Origin: a virus
IMG/VR virus record: IMGVR_UViG_3300032294_001352
Location: 23,877 to 87,876 of that record
Length of the DNA stretch: 64,000 nucleotides
Reading direction: 5' to 3' (one strand)
Positions within the stretch are counted from its first letter, which is position 1, and the number at the start of each line of letters is the position of its first letter. Position numbers and translations under genes: made by a program. This document shows positions 9,901-20,052 of the stretch, piece after piece. The notes below the pieces were generated by a model. That model did no database searches. It worked only from the letters and a program-made list of their open reading frames with translations, and was not told the origin of the DNA.

Positions 9901-12284
9901 GCCAACCAATCGGAATCATTGCAAGTGTCGCCAGTGCAACAAGTGTCACGCTTGTCACGACAGTGGTAGGTGGCTATCCATTGGAAGTGCCAGCAGGTAC
10001 GCAGTTCCGGCTAGTGTTGAGTGCCGCAATATCGTCCACGTCATGGTGGCTTGAATCTGCTCCGCTCAACTGGTCCGGTGGCTACTTCAAGTACCACATG
10101 GGATTCATTCAGAGTCCGGTAAGCAACAGTGTGTCTATCATCGTGGGTGGTTTTGACAATGGTCGACCAGCACCTGGCTATGGAATGAGTCAGTATTTGG
10201 CGATCATTGACATGGATGCAAAACAGAATATAAGTGGCGGCAATACCACTACTGGCACACCTACAAGCACGCGCAATATCACGGCCAATGCAACAGATGG
10301 GCTAATCACCTGCAGCACAGCGAGTGCAGTGGTGACAACCAATCAAGCGTACACGTTCTGGCCAAGTGATGTAGGGCTTGATTTGCATGATGTATCAACC
10401 ATATCAGCATCTTCCTACATTGGCAGGATCAAGTCATGGGATTCTCCAACGCAAGTCACGCTTTGGGCAAATGCGGCATTGAACGTCAGTAACAAAGTGG
10501 CGTTTAAGCGATTCAACAACAACGTCATCAATCCAGACTTTGCCTCAGTGCGCCCACTCTTCAACATGGTGCAGACACGGAATGTTAATCCATATCAGAC
10601 CATCATTCCTACTGGGCCAATTACGTGTATCTATCAAGAAAATCCTACGACGGTATTGATAGCAGGATCGTTCCGAGGCTACAACACAAGTGGTGGTGGT
10701 ACGACGGATATCCGGATTATCCGTGTACGTGGATGGATGAGGCGGCAAGGAACAACAGATACGGCTGGTGCTCCGGCTGCATCAGACCAAAACGTGGTGG
10801 ATGTGGAAGTGGTGGCCAGAGATGCAACTGCTGGATGGGGCACACCAACCATTCACTGTATGACTACCGATCCGTTTGGGAACATCTACGTAGGTGGCCA
10901 AAACATGACCACGAGTCACGTCTGGTACATTGGCCGTGCTAATGATGGTTCATATGCGCTCACCTACGCTCCACTCGGTACGTATCAATCATCATCAGTT
11001 ATTTCACTCATCACGGATACCAAGTTTCCGGTAGTGAATCTGTATGCGGCAACGACAGCACCAAACTTCTTGAAAGTGTATCCGTTCTTTAATGCACGCA
11101 GCAGTGCTGGTACGTGGTACGATCCGTCATCACTTAGCGTCAATGGTAGTTTGTACATACAAACACCAAATAATCCTATCTATCAGTTCTTACGCACGCA
11201 GGCCGGAGATATTCTTGCGTGTGGCGCGTTCAACGTCTGGGGCGCCACATTTGTCAACGGTATCGTGCGTTTTGTGCCAAAAGTTGGGAACTCAGCCACT
11301 GATAATCCGGTTGTAGTGACTGCGGCAGTACCGGTGGCTGGATCATTTGCACAGCCTGGTATTGCTGACATTGCGACATTTGGATCGTATGTAGGTACGA
11401 TGTCTGACGTATCATACAACACTATGGCGAGTGCCTACGCAGGTACTGGTGAGCGGTTGGCCTTTGGTGGAAGTTTTGTGACGTTTGCTGATGGTCGCGT
11501 GTCACTTTCCATGGGATACCTAGAGGGCAGCGGTGCCGCATCTTCCGTCAGACGTATGATTACCAGTGATTTAGGGCTAGAACCACCGGCTGCCTCTGAA
11601 AACTATCCAGTCATTCAGAAGATTGCCAGTACGTCACGGAGTCGATTGTACTATGCCAACAATCAGGTGTCTAAGACGGATAATCTCATTGGACCAACCT
11701 ATGCCGCACTTATGACACAAGCCGACGGTTCATCATTTAGCAGCGGTTCAGCCGTGTTTCGTACCGGCTATGGTCCAAACGCAAGTACCAACACGGTGGC
11801 CATTCCTCAGATGGTCAATGTGACGGTGAATGTGCGTGGCAACGCAAACGTCTATCCGATCTTTACGTTTACGCTCACGGCCAACACGTCAATCTTTGAG
11901 ATTATCCAGACGGAAACTGGTGCACACATCCGCTTTGACGACTTGTATGGATTGCGCGGCATTCCGGTGTTTACAGGAAATCCGGAAGTAGTCACGCTTG
12001 ATACGCGTCCAGGCTTCCGATCGGTGACAAGCAACCTGCGTGGTAGCCTTATGCAGTTCGTATCACCAGAGTCAAACTTTGGTGACTTTTATCTTCTTGC
12101 TCCGTTCACGTCACAAGTGAATCTAGACACGTACCGGCCAAACACGCTCATAGTCCGGTATAGCATTACCAACAGTGCATCAGTACAACAGCAGCCACTC
12201 ATTGATATCACATATACGCCACGCTTCTGGTCATTTGATGCGTCTAAGTTGTTCACAGATGAACCGAACACACCACTCATGTAA
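6954..12284 (+). CDS. Giant distal tail (Dit-like) protein with inserted carbohydrate-binding/beta-propeller-like modules
   Basis: Dit-like N half (GVGMPEITT...DGG...RTMQLAI...FVCADPY) and C half (VRGNANVYPIF...LDTRPG...YTPRFW) are separated by about 900 aa; NLIRNPSFE CBM-like start; directly after the tape measure gene. Confidence 0.75.
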   Translation: MPQYTKWEMLVPQSPNVVHNLIRNPSFEYNDQYFAGTHQYWWYYDSTGTKVSSTAAYPTQVGTWSSYGKNSLALALDGTTFRHAEYWPRVATMESLNNTLGVTLAAIDAPTGGNYTATNYPTGTHYACAFLLTPYGNSLASTSDVVPQETGTAPQIEVIQPEGYNVMDLMRGHSKPFFSSGLSYTAGTGRIQATISFPTGLATEYPSGSYGVVLFWSRPNDTHPVTGARAWRCVMVRPAWAIPTNITFVLPEVGTINNWERGSTVFYTNTSPTFNTFSIMQENGASVDAAYIGIDSSQPSLALTPTGTPWNLGTTYNHHLYLDWYVDTNYDAATSPFIACACDYAVTLIDNLTGTVYTPVNPDTGNNRLAAVPSNRSQDARTGRTKFLIAPPNNSVNANAGLDLRLRISIVSPTGTYTNNAAVLYIDGLQLIDIRYKGQDELDWDDVEFTYLDGDVAGAEWEDFAPSYTSITGTPTNGIYPASIWLGTTNAGWGTSFSMPFRNRLLNADTVDVQTYGGTTYRGYAQSAMKTFSSEVGTYYPIDADHLGASVNVTTTGVGMPEITTVTQQYGVVDGGLVQRQVASMRTMQLAIDIVGSSMANLHDRRRKLINALKFDQLAQQGDRIIRYSGSGIPVIYRVTYTAGLEFTGNVGVSFTEAASIQFVCADPYVYAERPVGTRLTLNSQLQDLRTFMAYKQGDNQPWVYTGMKEYSDYFQGNGSISNSTNSLTAQSSNGTLTCSITANTTLTISGNTVTAGAAFFFGTTDDFGRTIYAKSGGNIFVVGVISSSTSTTIATTQATPVGGDATYTAGNWWVSNRFAINSTGTLNANRIGNYLVIGAASNVTYTVLGKIIATTANKITLDTYYFGVSTSATIPNTAVAAGSWYTVGYQGSGTVGTITGTNTALVTQQAGMIVYRSSGAYVNPLGKLTAVSTTTSGSLDIDILCPGTISIPASTGGSATVTGSSTRFTSADVGRLIITKDGQPIGIIASVASATSVTLVTTVVGGYPLEVPAGTQFRLVLSAAISSTSWWLESAPLNWSGGYFKYHMGFIQSPVSNSVSIIVGGFDNGRPAPGYGMSQYLAIIDMDAKQNISGGNTTTGTPTSTRNITANATDGLITCSTASAVVTTNQAYTFWPSDVGLDLHDVSTISASSYIGRIKSWDSPTQVTLWANAALNVSNKVAFKRFNNNVINPDFASVRPLFNMVQTRNVNPYQTIIPTGPITCIYQENPTTVLIAGSFRGYNTSGGGTTDIRIIRVRGWMRRQGTTDTAGAPAASDQNVVDVEVVARDATAGWGTPTIHCMTTDPFGNIYVGGQNMTTSHVWYIGRANDGSYALTYAPLGTYQSSSVISLITDTKFPVVNLYAATTAPNFLKVYPFFNARSSAGTWYDPSSLSVNGSLYIQTPNNPIYQFLRTQAGDILACGAFNVWGATFVNGIVRFVPKVGNSATDNPVVVTAAVPVAGSFAQPGIADIATFGSYVGTMSDVSYNTMASAYAGTGERLAFGGSFVTFADGRVSLSMGYLEGSGAASSVRRMITSDLGLEPPAASENYPVIQKIASTSRSRLYYANNQVSKTDNLIGPTYAALMTQADGSSFSSGSAVFRTGYGPNASTNTVAIPQMVNVTVNVRGNANVYPIFTFTLTANTSIFEIIQTETGAHIRFDDLYGLRGIPVFTGNPEVVTLDTRPGFRSVTSNLRGSLMQFVSPESNFGDFYLLAPFTSQVNLDTYRPNTLIVRYSITNSASVQQQPLIDITYTPRFWSFDASKLFTDEPNTPLM

Positions 12285-12298
12285 GGAGAGGGCGGCAG

Positions 12299-13483
12299 AT
12301 GCAATATACCAACGCACGCTACGCTGTGTATCTGAATGACTCATTTGGGAATCGGATAGCAGAATTGAACACAGCAGATACCAACCAGTTCATCCGCTTT
12401 CGTGCAGTTCGCTCTGTCAACAACGTGGGCGCACTCACCATCACGTTTACTGGCGGCAGTCAGGAACCTGCATTCCTGCCTCTACTTGAACGCTTTGGCC
12501 TACTCCGCAAAGACTGCATCATTGAAGTCTGGCGCACCACATCCTTTGTATCAAGTCTGCTGCTTGATACCGTCTGGTTTGTCCGCTCCGTGCAACGCAC
12601 ACTTGCCGCAAACGGTACAATCACCGTGGAAATCACGGCCTTTGATCCACTCTACCTGTTGGCTGGTCGATTGTGCTTGAATCTCGGCAGCCGAACACAG
12701 ACGCAGTTGATTGTGACTGGTAATGTGTCAAAAATCATCACGGAGTTGGTCTACTTCAATATCCGTTCCACAAACCTGCTTGGATCAGCACGACGCATTC
12801 CAAATCTTACTGCACCCATTAACTCATTGAATGATATAACACAGGTATCCGTTGACGTGTCAAAGGCAAATCTTCTTGCCGCAATTCAAAACCTGAGTGA
12901 GATTAGCATCGCTAACGGTGAACCAATCTACTTTGACATTGAGTGCAACGCAGCCAACAGTATGCTCTTTAACGTGTATGCTGACCAGCGTGGAGTGGAT
13001 CGTCGCTCCTTTGAGTCTGGTGGTGATGGTCGCAGTGCCATTATTAACACGTCAAGCGGCATTATTCGTGAGATGACCATGAATGCTGACTGGACCGATG
13101 AAGTGACGGCCGTCTATCCGTGGGGCAATAACGGTACCACGGCCATTGGCTTCCTCACCGATCCTATCAACCAAGTGGCAGCCTACACCACTCCATACAG
13201 TTGGCGTGAGGCCATCAGTGAATCCGGTAACGCCAACAGTGAAGATGCCGCATTCATGGCCTATAGCATGTTGCAGAATCGACGTGGATCATGGAACGTA
13301 TCAGCCACACTCCAAGACACCAGTGACTTCCTATATGGCCGTGACTGGGGATTTGGCGATCGTATCTACATCAATGCGTTTGGTGCTATCATGGATACAC
13401 GTATCAATTCCATTGAGTTTGTGGTAGAAGATAAGCAGGAAGTTATCCGGATGGCACTCTCGGTCACAGAGGATTATGTATGA
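12299..13483 (+). CDS. Minor tail/baseplate hub protein (Tal / siphovirus Gp37-like)
   Basis: Follows Dit; RSVNNVGALTI and YGRDWGFGDRI motifs typical of sipho hub proteins. Confidence 0.75.
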   Translation: MQYTNARYAVYLNDSFGNRIAELNTADTNQFIRFRAVRSVNNVGALTITFTGGSQEPAFLPLLERFGLLRKDCIIEVWRTTSFVSSLLLDTVWFVRSVQRTLAANGTITVEITAFDPLYLLAGRLCLNLGSRTQTQLIVTGNVSKIITELVYFNIRSTNLLGSARRIPNLTAPINSLNDITQVSVDVSKANLLAAIQNLSEISIANGEPIYFDIECNAANSMLFNVYADQRGVDRRSFESGGDGRSAIINTSSGIIREMTMNADWTDEVTAVYPWGNNGTTAIGFLTDPINQVAAYTTPYSWREAISESGNANSEDAAFMAYSMLQNRRGSWNVSATLQDTSDFLYGRDWGFGDRIYINAFGAIMDTRINSIEFVVEDKQEVIRMALSVTEDYV

Positions 13484-14559
13484 CCAACAATCGCCAGAAT
13501 CAATCACTCAATCTGCATTCATCAACCATCACTACAACGAGTGCGTTGCAGCGTCGCTCATCTGTGTTTCCGATTATTGAGTTCATTGGAAAAAACCAAA
13601 CACTGTCTGCTGGTGCTAGTACCGTTATTTTGTGGAATCAGATATTGCGGCAAACTGATCAGCCAATCACATCATGGATACCAGGCAACCAAAACAATAC
13701 CACATCAAACTTTGTGTGGCCAGTGTTTGTGAATCCAAGTCTTGGCTTGGTGGATTATCGTATCAAGTTCAATGTGAGCGGATATTACCATATCAGTCTT
13801 TCAACGGTACTGGTAAGTGCGTCTATTGCAACGCTGACGTTGGTATTGATTGATGGAAGTTATACGTCTGCACCGATTATGCAAACATCTACTCAGACAT
13901 TCCCATCACAAACGCAGCAAGTCTTCACTATCATGTTGTACATTGAGGCCGGATGGTCACTTGAATGCTATATCACGTCTACACTGGCCAACACACTCGT
14001 TACCAGTGGACTCTATCAAACCGTTGGTCCATCTCCGCGCCTCACGATTGCTCAGATTGCCCAATTTGAAGACGTGAACGTGGGGAAAATGTCACGCGCA
14101 ACGAGCAATACCACGATTGCAACAACCACAGCCACGCCAACGGTGGTGACATCACTCAGTGTGCCACCTGCGGCACCGGAAGATCCGATTTTAGGATATG
14201 TGTACAATGCTGGTGGTGGGAATCAACTGAATATTTTTGATGGAAGAACCAATAATCGCTTAATCATCTCACAGTCAGGTATCTATCTGATTCACGGACA
14301 AATTACGCTCCGAAATGAGAATACATCAGTTGGTACACGGCTTATTGTGTTAGCAGCAAATAACGCTACCGTACTTGCGAGTCAGTCACTTGCCGCAAAT
14401 GCAAACGCTGGTCGATGGCTAAACATATCAGTCATTTTTCCGTTGAATGCTGGTGATTATCTCCAAGTCTATGGTCTACAAAACAGTGGTGGAAATATTG
14501 ATATGGTTACATTTGGCATAAGTCATAGCATATCTGCCACGCTACTCACTGCAACGTAG
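13480..14559 (+). CDS. Tail tip/receptor-binding protein with two C1q/TNF-like domains
   Basis: SGYYHISL and SGIYLIHGQ...LNAGDYLQVY motifs. Confidence 0.65.
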   Translation: MTNNRQNQSLNLHSSTITTTSALQRRSSVFPIIEFIGKNQTLSAGASTVILWNQILRQTDQPITSWIPGNQNNTTSNFVWPVFVNPSLGLVDYRIKFNVSGYYHISLSTVLVSASIATLTLVLIDGSYTSAPIMQTSTQTFPSQTQQVFTIMLYIEAGWSLECYITSTLANTLVTSGLYQTVGPSPRLTIAQIAQFEDVNVGKMSRATSNTTIATTTATPTVVTSLSVPPAAPEDPILGYVYNAGGGNQLNIFDGRTNNRLIISQSGIYLIHGQITLRNENTSVGTRLIVLAANNATVLASQSLAANANAGRWLNISVIFPLNAGDYLQVYGLQNSGGNIDMVTFGISHSISATLLTAT

Positions 14560-14568
14560 GAGTCTGGT

Positions 14569-15042
14569 ATGGCATATTTATTCTTACAAGGCACTGCGGT
14601 ATTAGGAAATCAAGTCATTCCGGCCAATACGTACACCATAGCACAGTATACTGCACAATTCTTTATTGATGATACGTATCTAGATGCTGGATTGACACCG
14701 TATTCCACTGTGACTGTGCTAAAACAATCTGCGTATTTTATGACGGCCGGATTAGCGTGGAATGCGGCAGCAGACGTTGGAGTGAGTAACATTTACATTC
14801 AAGTCAAGCGTGCAAGAACAGTCAACTGGATTCCGATTGCTGGTAATACAACCACCAGAGCGTCTACTGAGGGAACAGGCGTGTACAAGACTGCTAACGT
14901 TTCTTGTGCCGCACGTCTGTTTGAGAACGATCAAGTGCGCGTAGTGTACTTTTGTACCACAACCACTACTATTCCCTATGCAGAAGGGCTGTCAACGGCC
15001 CGTCATCGGCCATATTTCTCTTTTCATACCAATATTCCGTGA
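14569..15042 (+). CDS. C1q/TNF-like tail protein
   Basis: AYFMTAGLAW...RLFENDQVRV pattern, paralogous to its neighbours. Confidence 0.55.
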   Translation: MAYLFLQGTAVLGNQVIPANTYTIAQYTAQFFIDDTYLDAGLTPYSTVTVLKQSAYFMTAGLAWNAAADVGVSNIYIQVKRARTVNWIPIAGNTTTRASTEGTGVYKTANVSCAARLFENDQVRVVYFCTTTTTIPYAEGLSTARHRPYFSFHTNIP

Positions 15043-15048
15043 GGCATT

Positions 15049-15573
15049 ATGATTACAACTGTGAGTAGAACCGGTAGTGGTCAAGTGTTTCCATCACAAC
15101 CTGGTGGCACTGGTGCGTTTGTGCAGTTCAACACGATTGTGAGCAACGATCTTGGTACTGAATCATTTGTGCAGAGAGAGTTTGATCCATTTTTGAATCT
15201 CACGATTTCATTCCCATACACATTTCCTGATGATGGGATTCGGATTACGTTTTCCGGATTGTACTACATCACGGCCGGAATCTCTTTTGCTGCACAAACG
15301 CAATTAGGAATCAATCGCCTTTTGTACATTTGGCGCTCAGACATCACGCAAAATCGGTCAGCAGCCTACTATGCCGCATCCTCCCACACCACAATCAATA
15401 ACACGTCAGTGCATCTGATGAATGTCAGTACGTCTATGCAGTTATTTGAGGGTGATGTTTTGCGCGTGTTTGTTTCTCAAGCGTCATCTGTGACCACTAC
15501 CACTACATCAGCCACATCTGCCACCACAGGATGTTTTGACGCATTTCTTACTGCTGCACTAATTATCCAGTAG
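15049..15573 (+). CDS. C1q/TNF-like tail protein
   Basis: SGLYYITAGISF...QLFEGDVLRVFV motif. Confidence 0.6.
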   Translation: MITTVSRTGSGQVFPSQPGGTGAFVQFNTIVSNDLGTESFVQREFDPFLNLTISFPYTFPDDGIRITFSGLYYITAGISFAAQTQLGINRLLYIWRSDITQNRSAAYYAASSHTTINNTSVHLMNVSTSMQLFEGDVLRVFVSQASSVTTTTTSATSATTGCFDAFLTAALIIQ

Positions 15574-15619
15574 GTATCTCACACGTCATTGTGCAAGACA
15601 CCTACTGGATTGAGCGATC

Positions 15620-18600
15620 CTACTTTTTTTTTCCGGCCGGTGGATAGGTGTTCTTGGCCGGTGCCTGCAAGTCACGCTTCTTTCCCTGCTTGACTCCAAT
15701 AGATGGCACGAACGCAGACGTGATGTCTTTTTTCATGCCAGCCTTTTGCCGCAGTACTTCCGCTCCGGTGGATTGGTTCTTGGGTGACATGATGTTCTTG
15801 GGCATGGCCGTAGTATCACTCATGGCCTTACTCACTTTGCGTGCAGCCGTGCTACGACCACCAGACGTGTTGACGCGCACCGTTGACGTGCTGTGTGTGC
15901 CAGCACCGTAGCCAGGTACAGACCACGCAAGATCACTTCCTTTGCCGCCAACATAACTTGGGCCTTGGTCCGTGGCCACTCGACCAGTGTACGTTCCTTT
16001 TGGCGTTGGCACTGGTGTGCTTTGTGGGGGCACAGCGCGCTTCTTCACAGGAGTAGCACGCTTTGCCATCTTCTGTGTGCCAATCAAATCCACAGGATCA
16101 GCAAACGTCTTTTGCTCCGTGCTCAGTTTTGGTTGTGACGTGCTTGCCGCACGCTTCTTCATAGGAGTAGCAGCCTTTTTCATGTTCACTCCGTGTTTTG
16201 ATGATAACGCTTGTAAGTCTGACTGGGCTTTGCTGATGGCAGCCTGCTTCTTTAAGTCAGAGGAAATAGCACTGAGCGCAATCTGACGATCGTATCCGGT
16301 GCGTTTTGGACCACGATCACTCACACCCTTTGACGGTGGGGCTGTGTAGCGTGTTGGTTCTGGCTTTGAGGCAACCGTTGGCGTAGGTGCTGGTGTTGCT
16401 GCAGGTGTAGGAGTAGGCGCACTAGGCATGTTGGCCTCACCTGCACTTGGCGTAGGTGCTGGTGTTGGCGTAGTGGCAGGCTTTGGCGTAGCATATTGCT
16501 TGGCCTTGTTCTTGTTCCATGACGCAGTGCGCTTGGACCACTCTTCATAGGCCTTCCGATTGGCTTCCATCTGTGCAGCCGTTGGTCCAGGCTTGGTTGA
16601 CGGTGGCTGAGTTGTACCAGTTGGCTTTGCCGCACTTCCTGATGTCATTGGGCCTTTTGGCAGTGACGTGTACGGTGGCGCAGGCCGTGCCTTTTCCTTT
16701 GGTGTTGACGTGGCCACAGGTGGCTTCCCAGACGTAGCAGGTGCACTCGGCTTTGTACCAGTTGGCTGTGCGGAACTGGTTGGTTTAGTCGTTGACGTAG
16801 CAACAGGTGGCCGTGTGGTAGACGTAGGAGCACCTAATCCCACATCACCGGCTGCCGCAGTTGGCCGTGGCGTGTACGTAGGAATGCTAGTGCCAGTTGG
16901 TCGTGGACTACTCGTTGGCACAGAAGTACTTGTTGGCTGCTTTGTGCTGGTTGATCGTGGCGTACTTGTGGCCAGATTCCCACCGGATTTTGGCGTTGCT
17001 GTGGTGGTCAAGCCGACATCACCGGCTGCCGCAGTCGGACGCGGAGTACTGCTCGGCTGAATGGTGCTTGTTGGCCGTGGCGTATTGGTCGGAATCGTCG
17101 TGCTTGACGGCCGTGGTGTGCTTGTTGGCTGCGGAGTATTGGTTGACGTGCGCGTGCTTGTTGCAGTACGCGTGTTACTGGCTGTTGGAGTCTGAGTGAT
17201 GATGGTTGGTTCAATCAAATCAGACTCAACTTCTTCAATGGTACGAGTATTGGTGGCCGTTGGCGAACGTGTGCCAGTCGCGGTTGACGTGGCCGTGGCT
17301 GTCGGCGAGCGAGTACCAGTTACTGTGGCTGTCGGTGTTTCCGTGGCACCAGTAGGTGTTGGCGTGCGTGTTCCTCGGGTGGCCAGTTCCGTTTCTGCCG
17401 CACGTACTTTCCCTTTTTCCTGCTCATACCGGCCTTGCGATCCGTAGATGTCATAGTAGGAAGTACCGTATGGCACTTCAATGTTTCGTGTGGGATACGC
17501 AGTGCGCGTAGCCGTGGCCGTAGGAGTGGATGTTGGCGTGCTAGTAGCCGTGGCAGTTTCCGTTGACGTAGCCGTTGGCGTTGGTGTGAACGTCATACCT
17601 GGCGGCAAACCAGTATCTTCCGTAGGTGATGGTGTAGCCGTTGGTGTAGCCGTTGGTGTAGTCGTTGGTGTGGCTGTGGTTGCTGATGTAGCCGTAGCCG
17701 GTAAGCCATCATCAGACATCCGACTGCGACCACTTCGTGCGCTATAGCGTTGCGTGGTCTTTGCTGGTCGTGCCTTGGTCACCTGCTTGGCTTTGGCCAT
17801 CTTTGGAGTCATTGGTACGTTCATGGACCACTCAATCGTTGGTTCTGCCGCACCCATGCGTGTGACGTGACGATCCTCACGCTCTTTCTTGAAGTCTTTG
17901 ACTGACTTTGGTGTGTTGAGTTTGACACCCTTTTTCATGGTGGTAGCCTTTGCACTGAGCGCAATCTGACGATCATATCCAGTACGCTTTGGACCACGGT
18001 CACTCACGCCTTTAGGAGCAGGAGCACCGGTGGTCAACCGAGTGCGTGGTGGTGTGGGATTAGCAGCCGGAGTTGGCGTGGGAGCAGGTGCTAGAGCAGT
18101 TGTTGCCGCAGGTGCTGGTGCTGGAGCGGATGGCTTATCAATTCCTACATCACCAGACGCAGCCGACGGCTTGGGTGCAGCGTACTGTTGTGACTTTGTT
18201 TTGTTCCATGTAGCAGTGCGCTTTGCCCATGACTCATAGGCCTTACGGTTGGCCTCCATTTGCTCCGGTGTTGGACTAGGCTTAGATGCGCCAGTTCCTG
18301 GCCGATCTGACTTTGGACCTGCCGCAGTAGCAGAGTAATCACTAGGTGAGCGCCCACTTGCATTTGGCGTGGCCGTTGGCGTGGCCGTAGATGGTGGCTG
18401 TGTACCTGATCGTTTTGCAGGAGCACGAGTGGCAGTACGTGTTGGCGTACGAGTAGGAGTTCGTGTTTTGGCTTGTGCTGTCTGCGTCTTTTGCCGCACA
18501 GCCGTCTGTGTCTTCTGCGGATTAGTTTGAGTAGCAGTACGAGTAGCAGTACGAGTAGCCGTGCGTGAGGCCGTTGGCGTAAACGTTGGGGCTACCGTGG

Positions 18601-19021
18601 TCGCTGTGAGTGACGGTGTTGATGTTGTAGTTGGCGTAGCCGTATCCGTAGGCACACGCGTGTACGTAGGTGACGGTGTGCGTGTGCTGGTTGGTGTGGT
18701 GGTAGGCGTACCAGTAGCCGTAGCCGTGTTAGTCGGTGTACTAGTACTTGTAGCCGTATTGGTAGCCGTGGCCGTTGTTGACGGAGTTGGCGTGGATGAC
18801 GGAGTAGGAGTGGAAGTGCTTTGCACTGGTGGTTTGGATGTTGGTCGCGGTGCCCATCGTGGTGCCGCAATTCCACTATCAGGAGTTGGTGTGATTGTTG
18901 ACGGTGGCTGCGTTGATCCAATAGTAGCAGACCGACGCACTACTTTCCGTTTTTGCACCTTAGCGTTTGAAAGTGTCTTCTTCATATCTGTCCTTTGTGC
19001 AACAGGGGAATCAGCACTCAA
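15620..19021 (-). CDS. Very long Thr/Pro/Lys-rich low-complexity protein (possible internal head polyprotein)
   Basis: 1133-codon ORF with PT/TAT repeats and a duplicated ~70-aa block. Start is TTG 19021 (GGGGAG RBS) or ATG 18985 (AAAGGA RBS). Confidence 0.75.
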   Translation of the reverse strand: MSADSPVAQRTDMKKTLSNAKVQKRKVVRRSATIGSTQPPSTITPTPDSGIAAPRWAPRPTSKPPVQSTSTPTPSSTPTPSTTATATNTATSTSTPTNTATATGTPTTTPTSTRTPSPTYTRVPTDTATPTTTSTPSLTATTVAPTFTPTASRTATRTATRTATQTNPQKTQTAVRQKTQTAQAKTRTPTRTPTRTATRAPAKRSGTQPPSTATPTATPNASGRSPSDYSATAAGPKSDRPGTGASKPSPTPEQMEANRKAYESWAKRTATWNKTKSQQYAAPKPSAASGDVGIDKPSAPAPAPAATTALAPAPTPTPAANPTPPRTRLTTGAPAPKGVSDRGPKRTGYDRQIALSAKATTMKKGVKLNTPKSVKDFKKEREDRHVTRMGAAEPTIEWSMNVPMTPKMAKAKQVTKARPAKTTQRYSARSGRSRMSDDGLPATATSATTATPTTTPTATPTATPSPTEDTGLPPGMTFTPTPTATSTETATATSTPTSTPTATATRTAYPTRNIEVPYGTSYYDIYGSQGRYEQEKGKVRAAETELATRGTRTPTPTGATETPTATVTGTRSPTATATSTATGTRSPTATNTRTIEEVESDLIEPTIITQTPTASNTRTATSTRTSTNTPQPTSTPRPSSTTIPTNTPRPTSTIQPSSTPRPTAAAGDVGLTTTATPKSGGNLATSTPRSTSTKQPTSTSVPTSSPRPTGTSIPTYTPRPTAAAGDVGLGAPTSTTRPPVATSTTKPTSSAQPTGTKPSAPATSGKPPVATSTPKEKARPAPPYTSLPKGPMTSGSAAKPTGTTQPPSTKPGPTAAQMEANRKAYEEWSKRTASWNKNKAKQYATPKPATTPTPAPTPSAGEANMPSAPTPTPAATPAPTPTVASKPEPTRYTAPPSKGVSDRGPKRTGYDRQIALSAISSDLKKQAAISKAQSDLQALSSKHGVNMKKAATPMKKRAASTSQPKLSTEQKTFADPVDLIGTQKMAKRATPVKKRAVPPQSTPVPTPKGTYTGRVATDQGPSYVGGKGSDLAWSVPGYGAGTHSTSTVRVNTSGGRSTAARKVSKAMSDTTAMPKNIMSPKNQSTGAEVLRQKAGMKKDITSAFVPSIGVKQGKKRDLQAPAKNTYPPAGKKK

Positions 19022-19059
19022 GCCGACTCCCCTGCTACCGTTGCCGCACTTAATGCTAC

Positions 19060-20052
19060 TTATTCACTCTTGCGACGTTTGCTCATCTTGCGAACTGGTG
19101 GCTTTATGTTTGGCACAGGCATCGTGGTATCTGGTCGCCGAGTTGGCGTTGGCTTTGGATACACAGGCATTGTGGTATCCGGCTTGCGAGTTGGCTTGGG
19201 CATTGGTGGTGGAGGAAGTGCCTTGCTCATCTTCTTTGCCGCACTACCCTTGCTGCCAACGTTCTTGGCACTTGTTGGTCGGCCCATGATGGCACCAGAT
19301 GGCATTTGCTCTACGACCATGGGCTTCTTTGCATTAGCAGCCGACATCATAGGAGCAGCATCATTCCATCGCTGCGCATCAATTTTGTCTTTGTTGCCTT
19401 TGCTCATCATGCCTTTTTTCGTATTGAACATGACCAACTTCTTGTCAATCTCGCTTTTGGTTGACTTGCCGCCCTTACTCATCTTAGTCGGATGTGACTC
19501 AGGTGCTTTCTGGCCATCAATGTACGCGCCTTGGCCTTTACCCATTCCCATTCCACGACTCATTCCAACTGGTTTGCCGCCACTCATGACTGGTCGTGTG
19601 ATAGGTTTTGGTGCTGGCATTGGTCGTGGCTGATTTGGCATTCCAGGCATAGGCATTCCAGGCTTTGGTGGCATTGTCACCTTGCTCATACCCTTGGCCA
19701 TCTTACCCATCCCACCACACTTACACATAGCACCCTTGCGCATCTTACTGCCGCACTCAGGACAACTCATACCCTTGGCCATTTTGCCATAGGTATCCAT
19801 CTCCACAAGGAGATCTGGATCGTAATCACGGATAACATCCTTTTCACTGCGATACGCAGCATCCTCTTTCTTCTTACGAGGCATGGGCTTTCCTTTCTGA
19901 AACGGATTCATTCCGCTCCGCAAATCCACCGGTGGCGTGCGCATCAGTGATGAACTGGTGTTGAACACGCCTGACTGCGGCATTGGACTAGATACTATCG
20001 TGCCACGAAGTGGCGTACGATACAGTGGAGATTGATCACGACGCTTATTCAT
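19060..20052 (-). CDS. Basic Met/Lys/Pro-rich low-complexity protein with a CxxC...CxC motif
   Basis: Likely start is ATG 20052, overlapping the upstream stop; shares blocks with 20261-20917. Confidence 0.65.
   Translation of the reverse strand: MNKRRDQSPLYRTPLRGTIVSSPMPQSGVFNTSSSLMRTPPVDLRSGMNPFQKGKPMPRKKKEDAAYRSEKDVIRDYDPDLLVEMDTYGKMAKGMSCPECGSKMRKGAMCKCGGMGKMAKGMSKVTMPPKPGMPMPGMPNQPRPMPAPKPITRPVMSGGKPVGMSRGMGMGKGQGAYIDGQKAPESHPTKMSKGGKSTKSEIDKKLVMFNTKKGMMSKGNKDKIDAQRWNDAAPMMSAANAKKPMVVEQMPSGAIMGRPTSAKNVGSKGSAAKKMSKALPPPPMPKPTRKPDTTMPVYPKPTPTRRPDTTMPVPNIKPPVRKMSKRRKSE

Noticed and set aside
13480-15573. Diversity-generating retroelement acting on the tail-tip genes
   Set aside because: No reverse transcriptase and no near-identical TR/VR repeat pair seen in the window.
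16300-18900. CRISPR array or tandem DNA repeat element
   Set aside because: The repeats are degenerate, codon-phased and explained by the protein sequence; there is no constant repeat with unique spacers.
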